Counted from the first letter of the stretch, positions 9,571 through 18,973 are shown. The stretch is DNA of 64,000 nt from an uncultured cyanobacterium (GCA_963793425.1 CAWCAG010000005.1:1248001-1312000), one strand, 5' to 3'. Numbers and translations: made by a program. Notes: a model not told the origin generated them from the sequence alone.

Positions 9571-10512
9571 TTATTTCTTCTTCTGTTTGCCTGTAGCGAA
9601 AAGCAAACCGCCCAGGGCGAATAAACCTAACATACTTGAGGGTTCAGGAACCTTTTCTACTGTTGTGGTTGCGATTGTTGGGTCTACTTCATATTCCCCG
9701 GTTTGGGATTTGTTATCTCCTTCTTCTACCAAACCCGATTCAAAAGCATTAAAGCTGTAGAGAACTTCAGTTTTGCCAAATTCTGCTTTAATCAACTCAC
9801 TAAGCTGAATTCCTGCAAATAACTGGCTAGGTAGAGTCCCTGCTTCAAAAGCATTCCCGGCATCAAAATGACCAGCTAAGCCAACGATTATGTTATTCCC
9901 TACCTTATTAACATAGGAAACATTTGGGTCGCTCAAACGCTGAGGGCCACCTAAAGTAATAAACTGTTGACAAGCTTCTTGAGTGCTTACACCCAAAGCT
10001 ACGATTCGTCCTTGCAAAACTCCGCCATTGGAGTTTAAAGCGTCGTTGAACCACCTGCCGATCAAGTTATCTTTTTGACAGCTCATTTCGATTACGCCGT
10101 CTGGAGTTTCAAACCAATCTTTTCCTGTCAGACTACTTAGTTTGACCTTTGTACCATCGTCAAAGGTTTTAACTATGCTGGTAGGCTCAACATTTTTGAA
10201 GGTCTCTGGATCTTTAAATTCAGCCTTTTCGCTATCAGCAAATAACTCAATATTACCTCCCGGACTGCCATTCGCGCAGAATTTGATTGCCCCTCCTTCA
10301 ATGGTGCAAGTTCCCTTCACAACTTCTTCTATATCTGCATCGTTGTTGAGTCTGGTTTTGTCAGGAATACCATCTAAATCAGTGTCTATAGCTTCGTAGA
10401 CAAGGTAATCTGTTCCAATGATTTTTATGCTTGCTGCGGATGCTGGAAAAATAGTTGCGGTTATACCAGCAACTACTGAGGCTCCTAATAGTATTTTTAT
10501 TTTATCTTTCAT
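9571..10512 (-). CDS. Cyanobacterial PEP-CTERM surface protein
   Basis: Signal peptide (PASAA); SPGGNIEL, LSSLT..DW, RLSDPNVSYV, GLAGH motifs; C-terminal VPEPSSMLGL-TM-KQKKK. Confidence 0.9.
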   Translation of the reverse strand: MKDKIKILLGASVVAGITATIFPASAASIKIIGTDYLVYEAIDTDLDGIPDKTRLNNDADIEEVVKGTCTIEGGAIKFCANGSPGGNIELFADSEKAEFKDPETFKNVEPTSIVKTFDDGTKVKLSSLTGKDWFETPDGVIEMSCQKDNLIGRWFNDALNSNGGVLQGRIVALGVSTQEACQQFITLGGPQRLSDPNVSYVNKVGNNIIVGLAGHFDAGNAFEAGTLPSQLFAGIQLSELIKAEFGKTEVLYSFNAFESGLVEEGDNKSQTGEYEVDPTIATTTVEKVPEPSSMLGLFALGGLLFATGKQKKK

Positions 10513-10810
10513 TTATTTAGTTTCCCCTGTTACTTCAGCCGTTTGGTATCTAGAGTTAATAATTGAGTTGCCCTTTATGTTGTCTGCACCATTTAGCTTA
10601 GACAAACTTTGGTTAAATACTAGTTGTTTGTTTCCCTTATTTTGGGCTGAGTAGCGACTGTCTGAGCCGCAAAGTTTTGCTGTTGTTTAAGCCAAATAGC
10701 TTAGACAGCAACTTCTACGATTTAAGCAGATGATATTAGTTTTGTATACTACCAAAGGAAGAGATATGAAAATTTTTCTTTCTTAACAATTAAAGATAGG
10801 CCACATATTT

Positions 10811-12007
10811 CTAAGTTTGATTTGACACCTTTTCTTTAGCTAAAAACGCTGAAATTCTTTTAGCTGCTGTTTGTAAAATGCTTGATTCTCTTACTAAAGC
10901 AAAACGCACGTATCCCTCACCAGATTTGCCGAAACCAGCACCAGGAGAAACTGCTACTCCAGTTTGCTTAACTAATTCAGTACAAAATTTTACGGAGCCG
11001 TGAGAGTATTTCTCAGGTAATTTTGCCCAGACATACATTGTTGCAGGAGGAGAATGTACTGACCAACCAATTTCACTTAAAGCCTGAACAAAGACATCTC
11101 GTCGCTGCCTAAAAGTTTCTACTGTAGCTTGGACAATTTCTTCTGGACTTTCTAAAGCAGCGATCGCGCCATTTAAAATGCCTCTATATTGATTAAAATC
11201 AATGACAGATTTAACCTGACGTAAAGCCTTGATTAACTGTTGATTGCCCACAGCGTAACCAACGCGAAAGCCACCCATATTATAGGATTTAGAAAAGGTG
11301 AAAAACTCTAGAGACACTTCTTTGTGGGGGTCTGCTTGCAAAATAGAAGGGGGAATCGCAGTACCAGGGAAAACGATATCAGCGTAGGGAAAATCGTGAA
11401 CTAAAACAAGATTATGTTGACGACAAAAAGCTACTGCTGAATCGAAAAAATCTCTTGAAGCAATTGCCGTAGTGGGGTTATGGGGATAACTCAATACCAT
11501 CAGCCGCGACTTAGCTAAAATGTCGGCGGGAATCTCCTCAAATACTGGTAAAAACTGATTTTCTTCCCTTAAAGCCATGGGATAAATTTGCCCCCCAGCC
11601 AAAGCAACCCCTCCGGCATGAGAAGGATAACCAGGATCTTGCAAAAGAGCATAATCTCCTGGGTTAAGCAAAGCTAAGGGTAAATGTGCCGTCCCCTCCT
11701 GACAACCAATTAAGCTCAATACTTCGGTTTCAGGGTTGATTTCCACCCCATATCTTTTTGTATACCAACTTGCTGCTGCTTGGCGAAAGGCTTGAGTACT
11801 CTGGAAAAGAGCATAACCGTGGGTACTTGTTTCTCGCAAGGATTTTTCCATCGCTGCGATCGCAATTTCCGGTGCTGGCAAATCAGAAGAGCCTAGCGAG
11901 AGGTCAATAATTTCTTTTCCAGAAGCTTTGGCTTTAGCCTTTGCCAAATCCATATCAGCAAAAACATTGCTCTGCAAAGCTTCTAAACGCTTAGCAAGTC
12001 GTATCAT
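10811..12007 (-). CDS. Class I PLP aminotransferase (LL-diaminopimelate aminotransferase-like)
   Basis: IDLSLGSSD, YPHNPT, HDFPY, FSKSYNMGGFRVG, PGAGFG..GEGYVRFAL. Confidence 0.85.
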   Translation of the reverse strand: MIRLAKRLEALQSNVFADMDLAKAKAKASGKEIIDLSLGSSDLPAPEIAIAAMEKSLRETSTHGYALFQSTQAFRQAAASWYTKRYGVEINPETEVLSLIGCQEGTAHLPLALLNPGDYALLQDPGYPSHAGGVALAGGQIYPMALREENQFLPVFEEIPADILAKSRLMVLSYPHNPTTAIASRDFFDSAVAFCRQHNLVLVHDFPYADIVFPGTAIPPSILQADPHKEVSLEFFTFSKSYNMGGFRVGYAVGNQQLIKALRQVKSVIDFNQYRGILNGAIAALESPEEIVQATVETFRQRRDVFVQALSEIGWSVHSPPATMYVWAKLPEKYSHGSVKFCTELVKQTGVAVSPGAGFGKSGEGYVRFALVRESSILQTAAKRISAFLAKEKVSNQT

Positions 12008-12122
12008 TTATAAAAGGGAGCAGGGAGTAGGGAGTAGGGAGCGGAGAATCCTTTAAGTGTATGTTTTTTGACTTTGGGGATTTTGTTGGCTGGGGAGCTA
12101 AGGAGTATAAAAACAAGTTTTG

Positions 12123-12458
12123 TTACTCAAGTCCGCTTTCTAATAATTGTTGTAATGCTTGCTTACCGATAGCGCCTTCGTGGGATTTCACTATTTGATT
12201 ATCTTTATAAAGTCTTAGGGCAGGAACCCCTTCTACACCGCACTTAGCTACGGATTCAGGGCTACTATCTACCTCCATTTTGATGACCTTTAAAGCCTCA
12301 TGATAATTATCGGCAGCCCATTGCACCGAAGGAGAAACCAAGCGACAAGGGCCACACCAATCAGCCCAAAAATAGACTAAAACAGGTTTATCAGCAGTAA
12401 AAACCTCTTTATCAAACCGAGAATCATCAATTTCAATTACGCTACTCACAATATTCAA
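12123..12458 (-). CDS. Thioredoxin
   Basis: WCGPC active site, about 110 aa. Confidence 0.95.
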   Translation of the reverse strand: MNIVSSVIEIDDSRFDKEVFTADKPVLVYFWADWCGPCRLVSPSVQWAADNYHEALKVIKMEVDSSPESVAKCGVEGVPALRLYKDNQIVKSHEGAIGKQALQQLLESGLE

Positions 12459-12696
12459 CCTGATTTAAAATGGCCTTTGACAACAAATTGCCCCTAATTT
12501 ATAGCCAATTTTGTAATTGGCTGGGCAATATAGTTAATTATTAAACTTTTTTTGCTGTAAATAAGTCTCAGCTTTTTCGGCAAGGGAGTCAAGGGGCAAT
12601 TTCTACTAAGTTTGGGGCTATATGTAGCTAATAGCTAATAGGAAATTGGCTAACAGCTATTAGCTAAATGGCAAATGACTCCTCGCTATCATCTTG

Positions 12697-13463
12697 TCAC
12701 TGATCGAGTTGCTTACGTAAAGATTCCAACTCTGCATCAACTTCCGAATCTGCTGAGGGGGAAGATTGCGCTGAACCAGGAGGTAAAGCTTGGGGGGCAG
12801 GTGCCGCCAGTCAATTGAGCTTTCATAGCTGCTAGTTCGTCATCAACATCGCTACCAGACTCAAGCTGAGCAAACTGCCCTTCCAACTCACTTACCCGCT
12901 AACTCACCAACCGCAGCAGAGCGTGCTTCCATTTCCAGGACTTTTTCTTCCATACGCTCAAAAGCAGCCATCGAACCGCTAGTATTCATGTTGCTAATAG
13001 CCCCTTGTAACTGCTCATTAGCTTTTGCTGCGCTTACCCTAGCTTTCAGCATATCCTTTTTGGTCTTAGCTTCAGAAATCTTACTTTCTAGGGCAATGAG
13101 GTTACGCTTTAAAGTAGCTACTTGACCATTTTGCTGCTCCAACTGAGCTTTTAGAGTGCCAGCAGTTTCTGCATAGCTTTTTTTCCGGCTTAAGGCTTCC
13201 CTAGCCAAGTTTTCATCACCCTTAGTCAGCGCTAACTGGGCCCTTTGTTGCCACCGATTAGCTTCTTCTTGGTTTTTATTATGCTGCTGTTCGGTACGTT
13301 TTTGAGTTGCAATGGCCCTCGCAACTGCCTGACGCAGTTGGATCAGGTCTTCTTGCATATCAATAATGCTTTGTTCGAGAATCTTTTCTGGGTCTTCTGC
13401 TTTACTGACCACATCATTAAGATTGGCTCTAACAACTCGACTAAGGCGATCAAATAATCCCAT
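12697..13463 (-). CDS. vipp1: Vipp1/IM30 (PspA family), interrupted by two single-base insertions (~12891 and ~12806)
   Basis: MGLFDRLSRVVRANLN... After correcting the frame it continues GSELEGQFAQLESGSDVDDELAAMKAQLTG...APAPQALPPGSAQSSPSADSEVDAELESLRKQLDQ*, which includes the Vipp1-specific C-terminal helix. Stop at 12697-12699. Confidence 0.92.
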
Positions 13464-13625
13464 GACGTATTTATCCTATTGGAGTGTACAAGTTTTAAGT
13501 TAGTAGCGAGTGCAGGCCTAGATCATAACTTAGCCTACTCGTTGGGTTGGTTGTCTAACTCTAGTTTACACTCAGGTTTCAGTTCAGTTATTGAATGTAG
13601 GGCTGAACTGTTGCTAAAACATTTT

Positions 13626-14180
13626 TTAATCTGCTAGCTCTTTTATACCTTGCTGATACACCTCATCAAAAATTTTCTCTAATTCTATATGAGTTCCTCG
13701 CAAGCGGTCAATTACTTGTTTTCCCCAGTGAAAGTATTCCATTTTGCGCTCTTTTGACCAATCAGCAGGAGGATGGGCAATCATATCTCTGAGATTGGAA
13801 ATTTTATCAGCTAATTTAATCAGTTTAGCTTTTCGGCTAAGATGAGCAGCGTGTTCTACCTGCATCTGCCTACGTTTTTGCTTAGGAAGAGACTTATCGT
13901 CAGTTACTTCTCTCACCAAGTTTTCTACTTCTTGACCAAATTCTTCTGCTAATTCTTGAAAGGTTGTATCGGTATCTTCTACGGTGTCGTGGAGTAAGGC
14001 CGCAGTTACAACCACAGGATCTTGGACGCTAGCTACATTCCATAACAAGTTGGTTAAGGCAATAGGATGATTGATATAGGGAGCAGCCTCTTTACCTTTG
14101 CGACGCTGATCTCGGTGCTTGTGAGCGGCAAAATCAAGAGCCTTAATAATCAAGCCGACTTGTTCGGATTTCGCAGTCAT
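13626..14180 (-). CDS. HD-domain protein, Mesh1/small alarmone hydrolase-like
   Basis: H..QRRK, PYINHP, AALLHDTVEDT, EVTDDK, KLADKISNLRD. Confidence 0.85.
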   Translation of the reverse strand: MTAKSEQVGLIIKALDFAAHKHRDQRRKGKEAAPYINHPIALTNLLWNVASVQDPVVVTAALLHDTVEDTDTTFQELAEEFGQEVENLVREVTDDKSLPKQKRRQMQVEHAAHLSRKAKLIKLADKISNLRDMIAHPPADWSKERKMEYFHWGKQVIDRLRGTHIELEKIFDEVYQQGIKELAD

Positions 14181-14329
14181 TTTTAAATTAACAAAGAGAG
14201 GAAGTCTGACTTAAAGTATAGACATTATGCCTAACCTTTAGGAAATCAAACTTTCCTCTCTTATTTACCAGAGAAAGTATTTTGGCTTGTATAGGGAGCA
14301 GATTTGCTCACTCAGGGTGAAAGAGTTAA

Positions 14330-14581
14330 TTACCCTTCGCCGCCTTCGCCTCCTTCCTCTTCAACTTCTTCTTCAACTTCCTCTTCAATTTCCTCTTCGA
14401 CTTCTCCTTCAGTCGCTTCTTCTTCAATTTCTTCTTCTACTGGTTCTTCAATTTCCTCTTCAATAGCTTCCTCTTCAATTGGTTCTTCAACCTCATCGCC
14501 TTCAGTTCCGGCATCACAAGCCACCATGGTTGTGCTTGCTAAACCAAGTATTAGTAACAATTCAAGGGACTTTAATTTCAT
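14330..14581 (-). CDS. Small glutamate-rich lipoprotein
   Basis: Signal peptide with lipobox MVA-C, then (V/I)EEE repeats; AGAGGAG RBS-like sequence upstream. Confidence 0.75.
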   Translation of the reverse strand: MKLKSLELLLILGLASTTMVACDAGTEGDEVEEPIEEEAIEEEIEEPVEEEIEEEATEGEVEEEIEEEVEEEVEEEGGEGGEG

Positions 14582-14860
14582 TTGTTCACTCCTCTAGATA
14601 TTCCACACACAATAATTACACTAACCATCGCTAGTAAGTAGGTAGAAATAATATTTTCTTAACCTGCTTAAAAATGATAAAGCACAATTGCCATAATCGT
14701 CTACAAACTCATTACATTTTTTAGCTTAATTGGCAAGGAAAGTTTAATTTTTTTATTCATTGGTGCATTCTGAGTAATTTGCGTCTATAATTTCTACCCG
14801 TAAAATTTCTTTATCATTATGACTATATAAATCTCTTCTTTTTTGCTAAACTTTGTCATT

Positions 14861-15532
14861 ATGATATTTGTTATCCCTGATGTACTTAATCCCCAAGAGC
14901 TAGATGATATAGTGTCTAGTTTAAATGAGGCTGACTTCATAAATGGCAAAACAACCGCAGGTTGGCACGCTAAACTAGTTAAGAATAATGTTCAATTAAA
15001 AAAGAAAATTTCCTATGGTGAGGATTTAAAAGAATTGATTAAAAAAGCCCTGAAACGCAACTTAATTTTCAATTCAGCAATCAAACCGAGGACTATTCAC
15101 TCTATCCTTTTCAGTCGCTACGAAACAGGTATGTCCTATGGTAGACACATTGACAATGCTTTTATGGGGGGGCAAAATTTTTTAAGATCCGATGTTTCCC
15201 TAACCCTATTCCTTAACTCTCCTTCTGACTACGTTGGGGGTGAGTTGGTTATTGAAGGGGCTGATGATGAGAGAAAATTTAAGCTAGAAGCAGGTTCAGC
15301 AGTTGTTTATCCTTCTTCAACTTTGCATCGGGTAGAAGAGGTTACAAAAGGAGTAAGGCTAGTAACAGTGGGATGGGTACAGAGTTTAGTTCGAGATCCT
15401 TATCAGCGAGAAATTTTGTTCGATTTAGATGTGGCAAGACGGTCGATTTTTGCTAGAGAAGGAAAAACCATAGAGTTTGATTTAATTTCTAAAAGTCACT
15501 CTAACTTGTTGCGTAGATGGGCTAATCAATGA
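14861..15532 (+). CDS. piuC: Fe(II)/2-oxoglutarate dioxygenase, PKHD-type (PiuC/YbiX family)
   Basis: GKTTAG..AK.VKNN.Q, YGRHIDNA, RSDVSLTLFL, GGEL, YPSSTLHRV. Confidence 0.9.
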   Translation: MIFVIPDVLNPQELDDIVSSLNEADFINGKTTAGWHAKLVKNNVQLKKKISYGEDLKELIKKALKRNLIFNSAIKPRTIHSILFSRYETGMSYGRHIDNAFMGGQNFLRSDVSLTLFLNSPSDYVGGELVIEGADDERKFKLEAGSAVVYPSSTLHRVEEVTKGVRLVTVGWVQSLVRDPYQREILFDLDVARRSIFAREGKTIEFDLISKSHSNLLRRWANQ

Positions 15533-15571
15533 TCAATGATCAGTGTACGACTTAGTTGTTGCTGTTAGGTA

Positions 15572-16060
15572 TTAATGATCAGTTGTTGAGGGGATTATGG
15601 TGGGGAGTTGTAGATTTCCGACTATTTTTAGATTAGCTTGTCTTCCTCCTTTGGGTGGGTTTGTTAGCTTGATTTCTAGGTAACTATCTGGTTTGTAGGG
15701 TAGACGTTGTGACCATTCTATGATGGTTATTCCTGGGGGGACTTCTAAACCTTCCCAATATATTTCTGGATAAATGCCTTCGACTTCTTGAGGTTGTAGG
15801 CGGTATAAATCTAGGTGATATAGAGGTAAACGTCCTTCGGTGTATTCGTTAATTAAAGTAAAAGTAGGACTAACTAGAGGTTCAGTTATACCCAAACCTT
15901 GCCCAATTCCTTGGCTAAGGGTGGTTTTTCCAGCCCCTAAATTCCCTTGTAATAAAATCGTACTCCCGGCAGAAAGAAACTCACCTAACTTTTTACCAAA
16001 GTTAAGGGTTGCTTGAAGATTAGGAAAATCGGTTTGCCAAGACTTCACTGCTTTTGACAC
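15572..16060 (-). CDS. tsaE: tRNA threonylcarbamoyladenosine biosynthesis ATPase
   Basis: GNLGAGKTT, SPTFTLINEY, YHLDLYRL, IEW. Confidence 0.95.
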   Translation of the reverse strand: MSKAVKSWQTDFPNLQATLNFGKKLGEFLSAGSTILLQGNLGAGKTTLSQGIGQGLGITEPLVSPTFTLINEYTEGRLPLYHLDLYRLQPQEVEGIYPEIYWEGLEVPPGITIIEWSQRLPYKPDSYLEIKLTNPPKGGRQANLKIVGNLQLPTIIPSTTDH

Positions 16061-16130
16061 AAATAAACATCATCGCGGTGGAAAATTGCCCAAGGTTAGA
16101 CAAGAAAAAAATAGTGCGATCGCAGCAAGA

Positions 16131-16193
16131 TTGACACTCCCGTCGCTCTTCAGCAAGGGATTGTTCTTTCCATCAGCGAACTTAGGATTTGCT
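16131..16193 (-). mobile_element. IS200/IS605 right-end (TnpB omegaRNA 3' end)-like remnant
   Basis: Minus strand ...GTTCGCTGATGGAAAGAACAATCCCTTGCTGAAGAGCGACGGGAGTGTCAA: a subterminal TCCC/GGGA hairpin ending in GTCAA, like cyanobacterial IS605 right ends (by recall). No tnpA/tnpB adjacent. Confidence 0.5.
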
Positions 16194-16205
16194 TTTTAAA
16201 AACAA

Positions 16206-16706
16206 CTAACAGTAAAGAACTGACCATTGCTGAGGATCTTGATTCGACTTATCGACTGTCTTCACACCACTATAGGTTTCAATCCATAAACTCGCTCCAC
16301 AATCTCTAGCTTTATAGGGCTGATAAACAATGCGGCAATAACCAAATATTTCTAATTCGTGACAACTAATCACCCGATGCCCAGTTTTATGAACACTAAC
16401 TGCTGTCTTTAAAGGAATCTCTACACCACCGCTTTTTTTAATCTTTTTCACCTTTTTCTCGTTAGTTTTGATGCGGTTCTTATCCACATAAATAATTTTT
16501 CTCCCCCCAGCCCCCAGCTTACTCCACCTTGGTTCAGGGCCGCGATGACGACGAGAAACTTTAGGTTTACCACGATACAAAGGTATAACCCAAGTTCTAT
16601 CTTTTTTATAAGCGCCTTTGAGCCGTTTTTCGTGAAGGAGATAAAGAACTCTTCTTTGTCCGACTCCTAATATTTGTGCCGCAACAGCAGTATCGACATA
16701 TTCCAT
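16206..16706 (-). CDS. Excisionase-type HTH DNA-binding protein with an uncharacterised C-terminal domain
   Basis: TAVAAQILGVGQRRVLYLLHEKRLKGAYK...WVIP (HTH_17-like); C-terminal IVYQP....CGASLWIET. ATG at 16706. Confidence 0.75.
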   Translation of the reverse strand: MEYVDTAVAAQILGVGQRRVLYLLHEKRLKGAYKKDRTWVIPLYRGKPKVSRRHRGPEPRWSKLGAGGRKIIYVDKNRIKTNEKKVKKIKKSGGVEIPLKTAVSVHKTGHRVISCHELEIFGYCRIVYQPYKARDCGASLWIETYSGVKTVDKSNQDPQQWSVLYC

Positions 16707-16730
16707 GATAAATCGAGTTTTTAAAGCATC

Positions 16731-16768
16731 CGAACAGTAGTTTACGAGAAAAAGGGGCTTTAAAGCAA
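16731..16768 (-). promoter_or_regulatory. Sigma70-type promoter overlapped by a LexA-box-like motif
   Basis: Minus strand TTGCTT-N18-TAAACT; GAAC-AGTA-GTTT (16732-16743) overlaps the -10 element. Confidence 0.35.
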
Positions 16769-16937
16769 TTCTTTTCGCCATTTCGGTGAGAGGCTCCACC
16801 CCATAATTTCTAATTCGCACTCAGAATCTGTCACGAACCTCACACTAGCTTTGGGTGAGTGGCATGACTTATCAGATTAGCCAACTAATGCTTTGTGCAA
16901 CTTTGCGTAACTAGCCACTAGCTACTAGCCAATTAAT

Positions 16938-18332
16938 TTAATAACCACGCCAAGGACTAATCTGTACGACACCATTGGTAGTGAAGACAACCTTAAATTG
17001 ACCTAATTCCTCTTTAGGAACTAAACTTTCTCCTCTTTTTGTACCAATACCCGCCGCTTTTGGTTTGGTGAGTTTGGGTAAAGGAGTTTCATCAGCAAAA
17101 TCCCAAGCCGATTGATTCTCTGCTTCATAATGGGCAATAACCCCATCTTCTGTGACACCAACACGGTAAACTAAATCCCTAGAAAAAGAAGGTTCAGCTT
17201 CTGACCAAGCATCAGTAATTGTTTCTTTCACTTCAGGAACTAAGCTTCTTAAAGTATCTTTGTCAGTAATTTCTGGCCCAAAACTAAGTTCTTCTTCTAC
17301 ACCATCCCAAGAACTAATTTGCAAGATGCCATTATCAGTGAAGACAACCCGAAATTCAGCAATTTCTTCTTTGTTAGCAATAGTGTCAGAGGTAGGAGTA
17401 TAAATTAAATCCGGTAGAGGTGTTTGCTTCGCTGCCTGCTTAGAAGTGCCTTCCACAGGTTCAAAAGCAACAATGGAACCATCTTGAGTCGCAGAAACAC
17501 GATATTCTAAATTTCTATCAACCTCGTCACGGTCTTCCCAATCTTCGTATATATCTTTATATAATTTATCTTGGATATAGCCTATTTCCGTAGCATCGGT
17601 TATGGGTTTCGCTTCAGAAAGTAATGCTTCAATTTCTTCTGAATCTAATTCCTCGCTGCTTTTTGTTTCCGGAGGAGATTCTTCTGTGGCAACTTCAGCA
17701 GTCTCCGTAGTCTCAGCAGTTTCTTCTTCAGTCTGGGATTGTTTAACCGGTTCTGGTTCTGTTACTTTCGGTATGGGAGTAAAGAATAAAGCTGCTGCGG
17801 CTAAAGCGAAACTACCCACACCAACTGCTAGGGGGGCTGTCCTTTGGGTTAAAGGTTCGTCAGCTTTGCGATAGCGCCTGCTGATAGGCTGTAGTTGTAA
17901 AGATAAGTCTGGTAAAGTGCTACTATCATTTAAAAACTGGTCTACAGCTTCGACCAAATCAAAAAACTGAACATTATTAAGGTCAATTTGGATTGGTTGC
18001 GCTTCAGGATGTTCTTGCCAAGTTAAGCGATGAAGAGTACTATCTTGAGCTTTTTCTAAATGGACAGAATCTTGGGAAGTATCAGGCGTTTGAGGATGTC
18101 TGATGCCGCTAAGCAATTCTTGGGCATAGGCACTAACTGATTTAACCAAATTTTCGAGAAAATCTCGACCTCCGGTTAAGGTATAGGGAGAGTGAGAAAA
18201 ACGACACTCAGCATTGGTCGCAATCGAAATTAACGGTCTGCTATTAAACTGCCCTGTGGGGTTAATCTCGTTACTTAATCCTTCTAAAACCAAAGTACAG
18301 TTAGGCAAACTGTACTGCCGCTTAATTGTCAT
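16938..18332 (-). CDS. DUF4335 domain membrane protein
   Basis: MTIKRQYSLPNCTLVLEGLS, GGRDFLENLV, QFFDLVEAVDQF, one TM, duplicated C-terminal domain. Confidence 0.85.
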   Translation of the reverse strand: MTIKRQYSLPNCTLVLEGLSNEINPTGQFNSRPLISIATNAECRFSHSPYTLTGGRDFLENLVKSVSAYAQELLSGIRHPQTPDTSQDSVHLEKAQDSTLHRLTWQEHPEAQPIQIDLNNVQFFDLVEAVDQFLNDSSTLPDLSLQLQPISRRYRKADEPLTQRTAPLAVGVGSFALAAAALFFTPIPKVTEPEPVKQSQTEEETAETTETAEVATEESPPETKSSEELDSEEIEALLSEAKPITDATEIGYIQDKLYKDIYEDWEDRDEVDRNLEYRVSATQDGSIVAFEPVEGTSKQAAKQTPLPDLIYTPTSDTIANKEEIAEFRVVFTDNGILQISSWDGVEEELSFGPEITDKDTLRSLVPEVKETITDAWSEAEPSFSRDLVYRVGVTEDGVIAHYEAENQSAWDFADETPLPKLTKPKAAGIGTKRGESLVPKEELGQFKVVFTTNGVVQISPWRGY

Positions 18333-18955
18333 GCCACCTCTCCATCAAACAAACTAGTCCAGAATCGCTGCATCCCAGAAGTTCCCGTACAGAACAGCAA
18401 TTGATTCAACAAAGAAAGAGCCAATTCGTTTAAATTCTCTTCTGAGGAAGTGTAGGCTGCTACTTTAGCACGTCGGGGATTCATACGGCTACGGAAGTGG
18501 GCTCGAAAACGTTCTAAATATTCTGATAACCGAAAGTGCTGTTCTAAGGGTAGACCCTTTTCTTGCATTTGTTGTTGCGCCATAACTAACTGGCGAACCA
18601 ATACAGTCAAGTTTTTGGCCCGATAGCTGGCGATTACTACCAAAGCTTTGGCTTCTTCTAAGCTTAAAGGTTGTCGTATATGGGAACGTCGCCAGGGATT
18701 AGTACAGCGTAAACGCCAGAAGACAACTCGGCTTTTAATAATCCCCTGAAGTTCAAGTTCTTTAGCTGTAGCTAACATTTTTTCCGATCCTCCTAATTCT
18801 AAGGCTTCAAGAGCAAGGAGGAGCAAATCTATGTGCCGTTTAACTTTAGGAGAACATCTCTGTTCGGAAATAAAAATATCTGGTAAATTGTCCAGAATCA
18901 GTGGCTGCTGTTCTTGAGGACTATAATCGGGCATTACGCTTACGGAATGGGTCAT
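18329..18955 (-). CDS. DUF3038 domain protein
   Basis: IDLLLLALEAL, WRLRCTNP, LLFCTGTSGMQRFWTSLFDGE; 4-nt overlap with the DUF4335 gene, a conserved pair. Confidence 0.85.
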   Translation of the reverse strand: MTHSVSVMPDYSPQEQQPLILDNLPDIFISEQRCSPKVKRHIDLLLLALEALELGGSEKMLATAKELELQGIIKSRVVFWRLRCTNPWRRSHIRQPLSLEEAKALVVIASYRAKNLTVLVRQLVMAQQQMQEKGLPLEQHFRLSEYLERFRAHFRSRMNPRRAKVAAYTSSEENLNELALSLLNQLLFCTGTSGMQRFWTSLFDGEVA

Positions 18956-18973
18956 TCTTTTATCAGTTATCAA

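Noticed and set aside
12697..13463. vipp1 as a true pseudogene or programmed frameshift
   Set aside because: No slippery site is visible, the sequence is otherwise conserved, and similar indels occur in unrelated genes, so error is more likely
14304..14597. Ser-rich + strand ORF
   Set aside because: Antisense shadow of the Glu-rich lipoprotein gene
14640..14860. Fur box upstream of piuC
   Set aside because: Only weak AT-rich partial matches; not supportable by eye
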